Origin: an uncultured Ignavibacteriaceae bacterium
Lineage (GTDB): Bacteria > Zixibacteria > MSB-5A5 > GN15 > PGXB01
NCBI GenBank assembly: GCA_964507455.1
Contig: CAZDPY010000001.1
Span: forward strand, 280,855-344,854
Reading direction: 5' to 3'
DNA: 64,000 nt
Part shown: positions 47,079 to 55,825 of the stretch, one piece after another
How the letters are laid out: the number at the start of each line of letters is the position of its first letter
Position numbering within the stretch: position 1 is the first letter of the stretch
Made by a program: the position numbers and the translations under genes
Notes under the pieces: model-generated
The model's database searches: none
What the model was told of the DNA's origin: nothing
What the model saw: only the letters and a program-made list of their open reading frames with translations

Positions 47079-48963
47079 TTTCAATTTCCTCCTCAATTTC
47101 CTGGGCTTTGATTTTAGGCTGCTCAAGAAGTGCAATCCTGCGAGCTTCGATAAGCCTGTCAACCTCTTTTGCTGGTAGCGCATATTTTGCATTTGAGCGA
47201 TCAATGACTCTCTGCTTATCCTTTTCCCGAGCTCTGACATCTTCGACAAGTGTTGTGAGAATCGGAATCGGGTCGTCATCATTGATTTTTATATACGCGT
47301 GCCTCATTGGTTGACACATTACCCAGGCGATATATCGCTCCTTGATTTCCTCAATTGTGTAATAGGTTCGATTGGAGAGTTCCTCATCTCGGATGAACTC
47401 ATAAAACGGGACAACACTTCTTGATTGTCCTGTGCTTTTGGCGGTACTACGCGAATCGCTCCGGCCAGAAAAGGACGCAGATGAGTTCATATCAAAGTTA
47501 CTCGATGCAAGCGACAGCGACGATGAGTCTGTGTAGGACATATTACCATCTGATGACAAAACTCCAGAACTCGGAATCAAATGGTCAGCATGGCCAATTG
47601 CGGAACCGCTTGATGAACCAAAACCAGAACTACTTCCAACAGAATCGCCTTTCGAAATCGATTCTCCATGACTTTCAGATTGTGATTCCGTATTGACTAT
47701 GATCTCTCGGGTGGATTCTTCAGGTAAAATTATCCTGTGGTAAAGTTCATCCTTAATGAAATCGCCACTGATCTTCCCAGCGAACAACTCCTCAACTAGC
47801 TCCTCACTATCTTCTCGGTTCGATTTAAATGCGATTTTTATATCGCAGTTGGTCATAACATTTTCGTAATAACCAGGTATTTTTCTTATCTGAGCTAAGT
47901 TCTGGTAGCAAAGAAAAAGGTGGATACCAAACTTCCGAAGAGCTTGAAGTGAGTAGGGCAGGTCATCAGAAGTGAATTCAGCCGCTTCATCTACAATTAC
48001 AAAGAATGGTTTTTTCTTTGCCTGCTGTTTACTTCGTTGAAAGGCATAGTTAATCACTTGATCTACCAAAAGAATACCTAGAATTTGTTGGCATTCTCTC
48101 GATACTTTCAATGGGGCAAGGTTTACTAAGACTATTTTTCCATTCTCAATTGCTTCCCCGATATCAATGGTTGAGGTCTGTTGTCCAACAATTCTCCTTA
48201 TAGGATCAGAAAGGATCATTTTGGCAGCACGGTTAAGGGGTGCTTCAATCAAATTCACCTTATCTGAATAGGATTTTACTGCTTCAAATCCTTCCCACTC
48301 GCGCCGAACATAACTATTGTTGATATTCCCTAATGCGGCTTGTCTAAACAATGGATTTGCAATGCTCAGAAAATCCAATGCATCCCCCAAGGTTAAATGC
48401 GATTCAATAAGCGTCATTAAGAGATTGCGCTGCCAGCGTTCTAATCTTGGCTTTACTTCACTATCTGATTCGCCAAAGGTTTTCGCAATACCTCTCATGA
48501 CCTGAGAAGCATGTGCTGAAATATCCATCTGATTTCTAGCAAGAAAATTCAATCCAGGTGAGAATCTAGTGTCATTCGCATTGATTAGAGCTAACCAATT
48601 CTTATAACCATACCGCGTTGCATATGCAAGAATATCGTCATATAAAGTTCCGTGAGGATCCAAAAGCATAAGCCCTTGTTTGTTCTTTAAATGATAACGA
48701 ATTCGATTTTCAAGCATTTTGCTTTTACCGCGGCCAGTTCCGCCGACGGCCAAGGAATGGAGCCGTAAGCTCTTGGGGCTTAAACATATGTCTTTACCGT
48801 TGGTTATGTTTTGCCCTATTAAATAATGATTCCTGGACATTTCAAAATCTCCTTCATTGATAAAATGAGGGATTGAATATCCAATGGCGTTAGCATAGAG
48901 AGTTAAAGCCAGCAAAACCATTCCGCCGTAAAGGAGACATCTATTCGGCTTTTGGGTTTTCAT
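47062..48963 (-). CDS. membrane-anchored FtsK/TraD/TcpA-like coupling ATPase with Ser-rich C-terminal region
   Basis: 633 aa. N-terminal TM, Walker A VGGTGRGKSKM, LLDPHG, Walker B FFVIVDEAAEF, RKFGIHLFLCYQNLAQ. About 100 aa of low-complexity S/G-rich sequence precede a conserved tail. Confidence 0.75.
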   Translation of the reverse strand: MKTQKPNRCLLYGGMVLLALTLYANAIGYSIPHFINEGDFEMSRNHYLIGQNITNGKDICLSPKSLRLHSLAVGGTGRGKSKMLENRIRYHLKNKQGLMLLDPHGTLYDDILAYATRYGYKNWLALINANDTRFSPGLNFLARNQMDISAHASQVMRGIAKTFGESDSEVKPRLERWQRNLLMTLIESHLTLGDALDFLSIANPLFRQAALGNINNSYVRREWEGFEAVKSYSDKVNLIEAPLNRAAKMILSDPIRRIVGQQTSTIDIGEAIENGKIVLVNLAPLKVSRECQQILGILLVDQVINYAFQRSKQQAKKKPFFVIVDEAAEFTSDDLPYSLQALRKFGIHLFLCYQNLAQIRKIPGYYENVMTNCDIKIAFKSNREDSEELVEELFAGKISGDFIKDELYHRIILPEESTREIIVNTESQSESHGESISKGDSVGSSSGFGSSSGSAIGHADHLIPSSGVLSSDGNMSYTDSSSLSLASSNFDMNSSASFSGRSDSRSTAKSTGQSRSVVPFYEFIRDEELSNRTYYTIEEIKERYIAWVMCQPMRHAYIKINDDDPIPILTTLVEDVRAREKDKQRVIDRSNAKYALPAKEVDRLIEARRIALLEQPKIKAQEIEEEIENARWQ

Positions 48964-48995
48964 TTTTCAATCCCTCACTATTAAGGGTTCTTGTT

Positions 48996-49634
48996 TTACT
49001 TTTCAGATTGTTCAGAGTTATACATCTGGCGATCATACTCATCCATCAATTCCTCTTCCATGTCTGGGAATTGCTGCTTAACCTGTTTTTGAAATTGAGC
49101 CTTCCGTATAACTCGATCTCGTAGCTCTTTCTCAGCTTCATCCTGAAGTGTCCTGCGAAGTTTGCTCTGAAGCTTTATTCTGTTCAATTCTCCCTTAGCT
49201 TTTCGCAAATCCTTATCAATTGGAGCGTGCGAACCAATTTTATCCAATCTTTCAAGGACAGTCATTTTGCAGTTCGCAATCTCTTCATTGAGTTTTGCAA
49301 TCTTAAGGGCGGTTTCTTTTCTATTGAGTGCAGTTTCATGTTTTAATTCCTGGCGTGCTTTGTATACATTGACACGCCTAAGTCGTTGTTGTTCATATAT
49401 CCGGTTCTCATATTCTCTCTTCTCCTCCTTTATTAGATAGATCATCCTAAGCATTCGTCTGTATTTCTCGAATTGAAGGAGAAAGTCGAGTTCTTGAACC
49501 ATTGCATCTTTTTGATCTTCAGAGAACGATTCATTGACCTCGATTCTGGCCATGAAATCGTATCGCAACTTTTCGATTGATGCACTATTGAGAATATTTT
49601 TAACACTCATCTCGTGTTTTATTGGAAGTTTCAA
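48996..49634 (-). CDS. coiled-coil protein of unknown function
   Basis: 212 aa with a K/E/R/Q-rich heptad-like composition. Its start overlaps the upstream ORF by 4 nt. Confidence 0.6.
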   Translation of the reverse strand: MKLPIKHEMSVKNILNSASIEKLRYDFMARIEVNESFSEDQKDAMVQELDFLLQFEKYRRMLRMIYLIKEEKREYENRIYEQQRLRRVNVYKARQELKHETALNRKETALKIAKLNEEIANCKMTVLERLDKIGSHAPIDKDLRKAKGELNRIKLQSKLRRTLQDEAEKELRDRVIRKAQFQKQVKQQFPDMEEELMDEYDRQMYNSEQSEK

Positions 49635-49855
49635 ATCAAATCCTCCCTGAGTATTCTTCTGATTATTTCAGAGTTTTCCAAATCTTTGAGGGAAACCTTT
49701 TCCTCTGGTGAGTTGTCTTTGATAAGTCTATAAATCCCATAGGCCGCAAAACCAAAAAGAACAAAGCCAATCAAAGCTTCATTACTCATATCCTCATTTG
49801 CTTTTTTGGATTTGTCAGTGGTAGTGGTTTTCTCTTTATTCATAATAATCTCCAT
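49631..49855 (-). CDS. small single-TM protein
   Basis: 74 aa with one hydrophobic helix (ALIGFVLFGFAAYGIYRLI). Overlapping starts and stops indicate operon membership. Confidence 0.5.
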   Translation of the reverse strand: MEIIMNKEKTTTTDKSKKANEDMSNEALIGFVLFGFAAYGIYRLIKDNSPEEKVSLKDLENSEIIRRILREDLI

Positions 49856-50042
49856 CGTCTAGAATTTCATATTCACATTCCTCGACTTCTAAAAGGTCAT
49901 GATTATGTTGACGCCGTGGCTTTTTTAGGTTCTTTGAAGACATCAATAATGCTTGATTCTTCCTACGGTTTTCTTCTATTACATCTAAAATAGACTGGGT
50001 TATTACCCCCGCAGCGATTGCAACTACTATTGGTAGTGACAT
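49836..50042 (-). CDS. small single-TM protein
   Basis: 68 aa. N-terminal helix SLPIVVAIAAGVITQSIL. AAGGAG RBS upstream. Confidence 0.5.
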   Translation of the reverse strand: MSLPIVVAIAAGVITQSILDVIEENRRKNQALLMSSKNLKKPRRQHNHDLLEVEECEYEILDDGDYYE

Positions 50043-50243
50043 ACTAAATCTCCTTTTTACTTTGTTTGGAATTTGACATTCTGTAGGCGTATGTTATACT
50101 TGAAATAGAAATACGCCCTTTAAAGACATGAAAGCCCTGACACAGAAATTCCGATTACATAGTGGCCACTAGTATTTGGATGAATTTGTGACGGGGCTTC
50201 TTTTTTTCAGCAATAGGCATCACCTCCTTTCAAAATTGGCAAA

Positions 50244-50271
50244 CAAAAAAACCAGAAATATTAACTTCTGG
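50244..50271 (-). terminator. rho-independent terminator after the TPR-wHTH gene
   Basis: The minus strand reads CCAGAA-GTTAATAT-TTCTGG followed by TTTTTTTG. Confidence 0.7.
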
Positions 50272-50332
50272 CTTATTATAAAGGCGATGCTCACAAAAAA
50301 ATAATCAAGAGATTATCAAGATTATCAAGATT

Positions 50333-51853
50333 TTATTTATCCTCCGGTACAGTTAATTTATAGCCCCTTCCATATGATCCTTTGATTTCAAGATAAGGCC
50401 TGATTTTGTTATTCATGTTGTGAATGTGAACCTGAATGCTATGAGCCATATTTTTATGATATGTTTCATTCTTATATAATTCCGAAAAAAGAGCTTCATT
50501 GTCTAAGTGCAATGTCAGGTTCTGGACTAAAGCTTTAAATATAGCCAATTCCGTTGGCGTAAATTCCTTGCTTTCTTTTTCATCATCAAAATCTATGGTA
50601 TTTTCATCTAGTTTGATTGTAATTCCCGGCCTTTTAAATACGCGCGGCAAATTCTTCTTGAATCCATGAATCAAGCTTAAGATGTTGTCCATTATTAATA
50701 ATGCTTTAACCGTTACTGCTGATCCAATTGAATAATCTTCTTCAGCCAGTTGTCTAATATTATCCAATACCAATATCACCTTGTTTCTCTTTTCAATATC
50801 CCATGTGTGTCCTTGATTAGAAAGTAAACCATCCAAAGCCGTATATATGGTATTAGTACGATAAGGCATAGCAGCTATTGGAATCCTCTCAACACAATCA
50901 CGAAACCACTTACCTGCCTCATCAAAAATAAATACAGAAGCATAAATGCGGGCTATTCCCAACATAGTATCAGGTATATATGACAGAAGGTTATTTTTCG
51001 TGAAAGCATCATACATAGTAAAGAAATTTACATATGCATAATTATAGACTCTAAATCCAAGTGAGCAATTACTAGATAACAAATGTAGTTGAGGATCGAG
51101 TTGAAGGCCTTTAAGCACTTCGTACTTAGTGCCTTGTTCAAAGAAGTTTCTAGCATTTTGTGAATCACCTATCATTTGATAAATACGGCATTGAACAAAT
51201 GCATTATACTTTAACTCATGGTCAGATTTCTTCTCTAGACCAACAGATTGTCCAAGAGCTGCCTGGTTAAGCGCCTGGAGAAAATCACCCTTTTGTGCAT
51301 ATAGAAGTCCCAAATTCGATAATGCTCTTGATTGTGCGTAAGAAATATTTGACTGTTGGTAATATTCAATGCTCTTCTGTAGATAATAAATAGCGTTGTT
51401 CAATCTCATAGACATTTCATTTAGATTAGACATAAGATTCATCGAATCGGCCATGGTCGATTTGATATTTTCTGATAATGCAGTATCAAATGCTGTGCGA
51501 GCGTAACGAATCGCATTTTCGTAATCCATGATACTACTGGAGATATGAGCGGAGGTTAATTGTACAGTTGCTAGACCCTCCGGCTCAAAATTATCCTTAG
51601 CAATTGAGATAACTTCTTTTATCTGCTCTTTGCATTCAGATATCTGCTCATTAGTGCGATAATTGTTGCTACTCAGCAGTAAAGCATATGCTATAAAATC
51701 ATGATCTTTTTTTTTAAATCCTACATCTATTGCTTTTTTATATAAGTCTGTGGCTACCTTAAAATCTTTTGAGTTTGAAGCTTCATTTGCCTTATCAAGC
51801 AAAGACCTATATGTTTGGGCTTTGGTCATTTCATCCTTTCTATTCAATTGCAT
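50333..51853 (-). CDS. TPR-repeat protein with C-terminal OmpR/PhoB-type winged-helix DNA-binding domain
   Basis: 506 aa. N-terminal TPR-like repeats. The C-terminus FTPTELAIFKALVQN...HSIQVHIHNMNNKIRPYLEIKGSYGRGYKL resembles Trans_reg_C. Confidence 0.65.
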   Translation of the reverse strand: MQLNRKDEMTKAQTYRSLLDKANEASNSKDFKVATDLYKKAIDVGFKKKDHDFIAYALLLSSNNYRTNEQISECKEQIKEVISIAKDNFEPEGLATVQLTSAHISSSIMDYENAIRYARTAFDTALSENIKSTMADSMNLMSNLNEMSMRLNNAIYYLQKSIEYYQQSNISYAQSRALSNLGLLYAQKGDFLQALNQAALGQSVGLEKKSDHELKYNAFVQCRIYQMIGDSQNARNFFEQGTKYEVLKGLQLDPQLHLLSSNCSLGFRVYNYAYVNFFTMYDAFTKNNLLSYIPDTMLGIARIYASVFIFDEAGKWFRDCVERIPIAAMPYRTNTIYTALDGLLSNQGHTWDIEKRNKVILVLDNIRQLAEEDYSIGSAVTVKALLIMDNILSLIHGFKKNLPRVFKRPGITIKLDENTIDFDDEKESKEFTPTELAIFKALVQNLTLHLDNEALFSELYKNETYHKNMAHSIQVHIHNMNNKIRPYLEIKGSYGRGYKLTVPEDK

Positions 51854-51908
51854 GAAATATAAATAAAAGGGTGGGGATTTTCAACGAACAAAAAAAAGCA
51901 GAGAGGGG

Positions 51909-52310
51909 TTAACCCTCTCTGCTTTCAACTGCTTCCATGACCTCCTTTTCTACCTTTTCAACATTGTCTTCATGTTTCTTACTACCGCCCAACATGATCA
52001 GGTTTCGTATCACAATTTCCGTTCGAACCTGTTTACTACCGCTTTTATTGCTCCAGGCCCGGTTATGCAGGCGACCGTCAATATAAACACGGTCCCCTTT
52101 TTTGAGATACTTGGCCACTACGTCGGCAAGTCGACCCCATGCCAGAACATGGTGAAAATCCGTAGTTTCCTGACGTTCTTTGGATTTGGCATCGCGCCAG
52201 ACGTAGCTTGTGGCGATTTGGAATGACGCCACTTTTTGGCTTGAAGGCAATTCCCGGCTGGTCGGATCTGCTGTCAGATTACCGATCAGCTCTGCTTTGT
52301 TGAGATTCAT
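51909..52310 (-). CDS. ssb: single-stranded DNA-binding protein (no acidic C-terminal tip)
   Basis: I start at MNLNKAELIGNLTADP (52310); the track ORF extends to 52418. OB-fold pattern ..FQIATS...TDFHHVLAWGRLADVVAKYLKKGDRVYIDGRL. Confidence 0.85.
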   Translation of the reverse strand: MNLNKAELIGNLTADPTSRELPSSQKVASFQIATSYVWRDAKSKERQETTDFHHVLAWGRLADVVAKYLKKGDRVYIDGRLHNRAWSNKSGSKQVRTEIVIRNLIMLGGSKKHEDNVEKVEKEVMEAVESREG

Positions 52311-52665
52311 ATACATGAATCCTTTCACCAGCGATAAATTGATAATGTCGAGGCTTACGCTGGCTTGCTTCTCCGCTTTCCTCAATAGCATAGAGGGCTG
52401 GAGTAGCTGAAAATCCAATGGCGTATAATTTATCGAAGCCTGGATTTAAAGCCAAGCCGATGTTGCCTGTGGTCAGGTGAAAGCTGTCCACCAGGCTGTC
52501 GAGCGCAGTTCGTCAAGGTGGAGCCACGACCTACCTTGGACGGATACTGAGACTCTATGATATCCTGAATCACCTGCAGGCAAGCAGGGTACTTGAAAAT
52601 TCATTGTTGCTATTTGCGGCGAATTTTAACAATTTTAATCATTACAAAATCTATTAGGAGGAATC

Positions 52666-53292
52666 ATGAAAAAAGAAAAAGATGGTCAAAATCCTTTTAA
52701 TCAAGATTCGGATGAGGAAATAATAGAGCGTCTTATAAATATTAAAGACTATACACAAGAGACTCAGGGTTTAATCAAGGCAGAGGCAGAAAGCAGACCT
52801 GGTATTCAAGAAAAATATCTGAAAGTAAAAGAACAACTTCGTTCCATCGAAAACCAAATACTCGAACACTCAAAAAAGGAAGAACGAAATAGAAAGGATC
52901 GCTTCCCTGCATTTACAGTTGGATGTTTTCTGGGGGCGATTGCGTGGATTATCTTTTTGATTGCAGAAGGTGGAAAAAAGCCAATTGAACTCATATTTAT
53001 TTCAGTATTTTGGCTTCTAAGCGCTCCTCTATTCTTGATAATGTTGGATTCTAGCTTTAACCCATCGAAAAGCCCTTTAAGGTATTTTATTGGAATTGGG
53101 GGGCTGGCAATAATTAGTTTATTATTTGTTGGGAAATTAGCGCCTCATGAAATAGTTGTCTTGTTTATTTATTATTTTTTTATAGGATGGTTAGCTTCGA
53201 AGTTACTTAAGAATGTTGTCAAAAGAGATAGTGCCTATGGAAGATTGCTTTCAAAATTATGGCCAGATCTTCGAATAAAATCCAATAAATAA
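52666..53292 (+). CDS. membrane protein of unknown function
   Basis: 208 aa. GGAGG RBS, soluble charged N-terminus, then 4 hydrophobic helices. Confidence 0.6.
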   Translation: MKKEKDGQNPFNQDSDEEIIERLINIKDYTQETQGLIKAEAESRPGIQEKYLKVKEQLRSIENQILEHSKKEERNRKDRFPAFTVGCFLGAIAWIIFLIAEGGKKPIELIFISVFWLLSAPLFLIMLDSSFNPSKSPLRYFIGIGGLAIISLLFVGKLAPHEIVVLFIYYFFIGWLASKLLKNVVKRDSAYGRLLSKLWPDLRIKSNK

Positions 53293-53362
53293 CTTATTTT
53301 CAATTTTTTTTCATTTAAGCACCAAATACAAAGATCAAAAGCCCAGCCCCACAATTCCGCGC

Positions 53363-53395
53363 CGGACGGGCATCTAAGAGATGAAAGCCCGTCCG
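53363..53395. terminator. GC-rich hairpin between convergent genes
   Basis: CGGACGGGC-(15 nt)-GCCCGTCCG, a 9-bp stem. No clear U-tract on either strand. Confidence 0.45.
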
Positions 53396-53498
53396 ACCAG
53401 GGCAAAATACCATCTTATATTTCGCCCTGTTATCACAGGACAGCATGGCCCATTGAGGAGTAAGCGGAATTTATGAAGCCGGGTTTCGACTCAAATGA

Positions 53499-54608
53499 TT
53501 ATTCAATCAATGATTGAAGTCCTTTTTGAGGATTCGGAGTAATCCACGATTTTGAAAAAATGCTGTTTGGTTCTTCAATACTGAACATGTCAAGCGTTGA
53601 GAACCAAAAGAGGGCACTGCTTGAAACATCGCGTCCGAATTTAGGAAAGCTCGATAGAATATTTGCTATGCGACCCTTAGTATTTCCATCCTTTGATAAT
53701 TGACCGGGAACCACGAACAGAACAGTAAACCCTCGGATCGGTTCTAAATCGATATTCGAGACATTCGCAGACCTTTCATCTTTAACAAAGAGCCCCGATA
53801 CCTCGCCATTAGGATATTTGGTATAGAAATATCGATTCGCATGCCGTTTAGTCTTTCTATAAAACCAATACCCCAAAACCTTTTTACTGATATCAGAATT
53901 ATCATCAGTCCTGATAATCGGCATGCTACCCCGGTCAAATTCTGCGAAAAAACATGTGGTTCCTTTACCGCGAACATTAATGGCAAAAAACGCATCTGGA
54001 TAGACTGAGAGCCTTTGTTCCCTGCCCATCAAATTCATTCCGTAAACGAAGTCCCTGAGGATTTGGCCCTGTTCCCAAAATAGCAGATTGACATTACCAT
54101 TTGAATTATTACAGGCCAATTTTAATATAGCTTTGAACTCGGCGATTTTAATTGAGTGTTCGTAGAAGTGCGTTCTTGCTCTTCTATTTGACTCTACAAT
54201 TTTCCTAATATCCGATGAGCTAGCATCTACTATTTTGGGCAAAATACTACAGCTTTTTGGCCCTAAGGAATAGACCAATCTTGATAAGCCGTGTACGCCG
54301 CCTTCTGGTAAATCAGCTCTCCTCCTTCTATAAACATATTTCTCCTGATCCAGCTTTGTAAGGCGGCTCAGTAATGCTTTTGAGCCAAACCCGTATTTTG
54401 AAGGGCGTTTTTTGCCATCCGCCCCAATTTTGTATTCCGTTTCATGTGATTTTGGACTTTCAAGCAGGTGCCAGATTAATTTTGAATCAAGAAATCTGTG
54501 CTCATAAATGAGCTTCAGGATTTCTTGATCCCGCTCGGTAGGAACGAAATCAGGGGAATTTTTCCGTTTAGGGTGATTTCGTGATTTTTCTGGGCTGGGT
54601 TTCTTCAT
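53499..54608 (-). CDS. replication-relaxation (Replic_Relax) family protein
   Basis: I prefer the start MKKPSPEK at 54608 (GGAGA RBS 4 nt upstream); the track start at 54674 would run into the structured element. PTERDQEILKLIYEHRFLDSKLIWHLL.. is the family's N-terminal wHTH signature. Confidence 0.75.
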   Translation of the reverse strand: MKKPSPEKSRNHPKRKNSPDFVPTERDQEILKLIYEHRFLDSKLIWHLLESPKSHETEYKIGADGKKRPSKYGFGSKALLSRLTKLDQEKYVYRRRRADLPEGGVHGLSRLVYSLGPKSCSILPKIVDASSSDIRKIVESNRRARTHFYEHSIKIAEFKAILKLACNNSNGNVNLLFWEQGQILRDFVYGMNLMGREQRLSVYPDAFFAINVRGKGTTCFFAEFDRGSMPIIRTDDNSDISKKVLGYWFYRKTKRHANRYFYTKYPNGEVSGLFVKDERSANVSNIDLEPIRGFTVLFVVPGQLSKDGNTKGRIANILSSFPKFGRDVSSSALFWFSTLDMFSIEEPNSIFSKSWITPNPQKGLQSLIE

Positions 54609-54641
54609 ATAATCTCCAAGCATCCCGTAGGGATTCCTTTT

Positions 54642-55106
54642 TCGCGCGCCCCTCGTCGGCGGCCGAAAGTCCAATTATTTGGACGTCCGCCCCGCAAAAC
54701 CGAGCTGAAGGCGCAGGTTGAGCGGCTGGCGGTTCGAGCGCGCCCGACTTTGCTCGCTTCGATTTGCCCCACCGCTGAAGTCAGATATGCGGGGCAAATC
54801 CGAGTAAGGAAACAATTACTTGTTTCCGTCGAAGCCCAAGGCTCTCCGGGTTCCTGGTCTGCTTCGAATTTTATTAACCACCACAACCGTCACTGCCAGC
54901 ACAAGAAGCAGACGAGGTAGAGAGACGCGGGGAAGGGAGCAAAGTCGGGCGGTACGCACCGACATTATCCCCTTGCATATCAGCCACTTAATGGCTGATT
55001 AAAGTAGAAAAGCATAATTAGCTTTTCTACTTTCAAAATAGTCTTTTACAGACGAAAAACAAGGGGAAAATGTCAAGGTGCTATCCGACCGACGAGGGGC
55101 GCGCGA
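54642..55106. other. ~465-nt GC-rich nested inverted-repeat element (candidate large structured ncRNA, or ssDNA-active oriT/origin/ssDNA promoter)
   Basis: P1 pairs 54642-54659 with 55089-55106 (18/18). P2 pairs 54741-54755 with 54937-54951 (15/15). P3 pairs 54963-54975 with 55060-55072 (12/13). There are at least 7 local hairpins and no plausible ORF. Confidence 0.7.
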
Positions 55107-55273
55107 GCTGTCGAAGACAGCCAAAATAAAAATGCATTGCTACGAGATCTTTCGTCTGCGGCAATAGTAGCAAAGGTTGCCAAATTCAATCCGCTTCCGG
55201 CAGACTTTACATTTGGGCTGATCTCGATATCGAGTCACCTTTTTTCTAAAAGGACTCGGTCTCTCTCTATGGC

Positions 55274-55825
55274 TCATTTTCTCGTCGATATCAGATCCAA
55301 ATAAGTTCTGCCACAGGCAATCGCATCGGTCATATTTAGAAAGGCCTTCAGTGTCGAATTGGGCTTATTTATTATAAATATACGCAATTCCGGGTATCGG
55401 CTGACGATAGCCTTAGCAAGCTCAAGCTTGGTAGCATTTCCGTTTTTGCAAATCACTGCACGCACGGTGTTGGGTGCATATTCGATTACCCTGATGTCGT
55501 ATTTCAGTGCTTTTGCCTTAATCCTGGCAATAGTCATCATCAGGCGTAAATTATTTGTGATTTGCGAAAACCGATTCTTTTCAAGAATTATTTTATCAGG
55601 CCTTTTTTCAATTATAAGTCGTTCCACGGCTTTTTCGATTGCATTCAAATTTCTTTCTATGGGAAGCGGAGTATCAAATGACTTCAGGCCAAAATCCAGC
55701 AGATTTTCACCTTCAAAATCTGCATATCCAAATATCTTGGTGCCCGGATCAATGGCCAGGATTCGTTCTGTCTTCGGGATAGTATTTATATTCGAAGACA
55801 ATGTTGTTTTGAGCTTTTGCCTCAT
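55274..55825 (-). CDS. RuvC-like Holliday-junction resolvase (RNase H fold)
   Basis: 183 aa, alignable by eye to RuvC. ILAIDPGTKIFGY (Asp), IILEKN (Glu), YAPNTVRAVICKNGNATKLEL, NMTDAIACG (Asp). The start is uncertain (77-nt overlap with the XRE ORF). Confidence 0.75.
   Translation of the reverse strand: MRQKLKTTLSSNINTIPKTERILAIDPGTKIFGYADFEGENLLDFGLKSFDTPLPIERNLNAIEKAVERLIIEKRPDKIILEKNRFSQITNNLRLMMTIARIKAKALKYDIRVIEYAPNTVRAVICKNGNATKLELAKAIVSRYPELRIFIINKPNSTLKAFLNMTDAIACGRTYLDLISTRK

Noticed and set aside
50131-50200. An imperfect long hairpin (GAAAGCCCTGACACA ... TGTGACGGGGCTTC) followed by a T-run on the plus strand, considered as a terminator.
   Set aside because: No plus-strand gene lies upstream to terminate, and the stem is interrupted with a 32-nt loop. 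It may be regulatory for the minus-strand operon promoter, but I cannot support a specific call.
50301-50333. A 9-bp tandem repeat (ATTATCAAG, about 3 copies) considered as a mini CRISPR or iteron array.
   Set aside because: It is too short and has no spacers, so it is not a CRISPR. It lies directly after a stop codon. It could be a minor binding site, but nothing supports a stronger claim.
54661-54700. A GAAAGTCC motif near the 5' end of the structured element, together with a closing P1 stem and an ACAGA near the 3' end, recalled bacterial RNase P RNA.
   Set aside because: The other universally conserved RNase P blocks are absent: the full GAGGAAAGTCCGGGC, the GGGTGAAAGGGTG-type J11/12 region, and ACAGAAnCCGGCTTA. 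The motif sits in a simple hairpin flank, and the element lies on a mobile island. The resemblance is probably chance.
54642-55106. A retron msr/msd, suggested by the flanking inverted repeats.
   Set aside because: There is no reverse transcriptase gene anywhere in the window. The element is also far larger and more branched than known msr-msd units.
54642-55825. An RNA-guided RuvC system (IS110 bridge RNA, or TnpB/IscB omega-RNA) formed by the RuvC-like gene plus the adjacent structured region.
   Set aside because: The protein is only 183 aa and is collinear with RuvC resolvases. It has no Tnp/serine domain, no zinc finger and no HNH domain. The element lies downstream of the gene, no terminal inverted repeats of an IS are visible, and the helices show no strand-specific wobble pairs.
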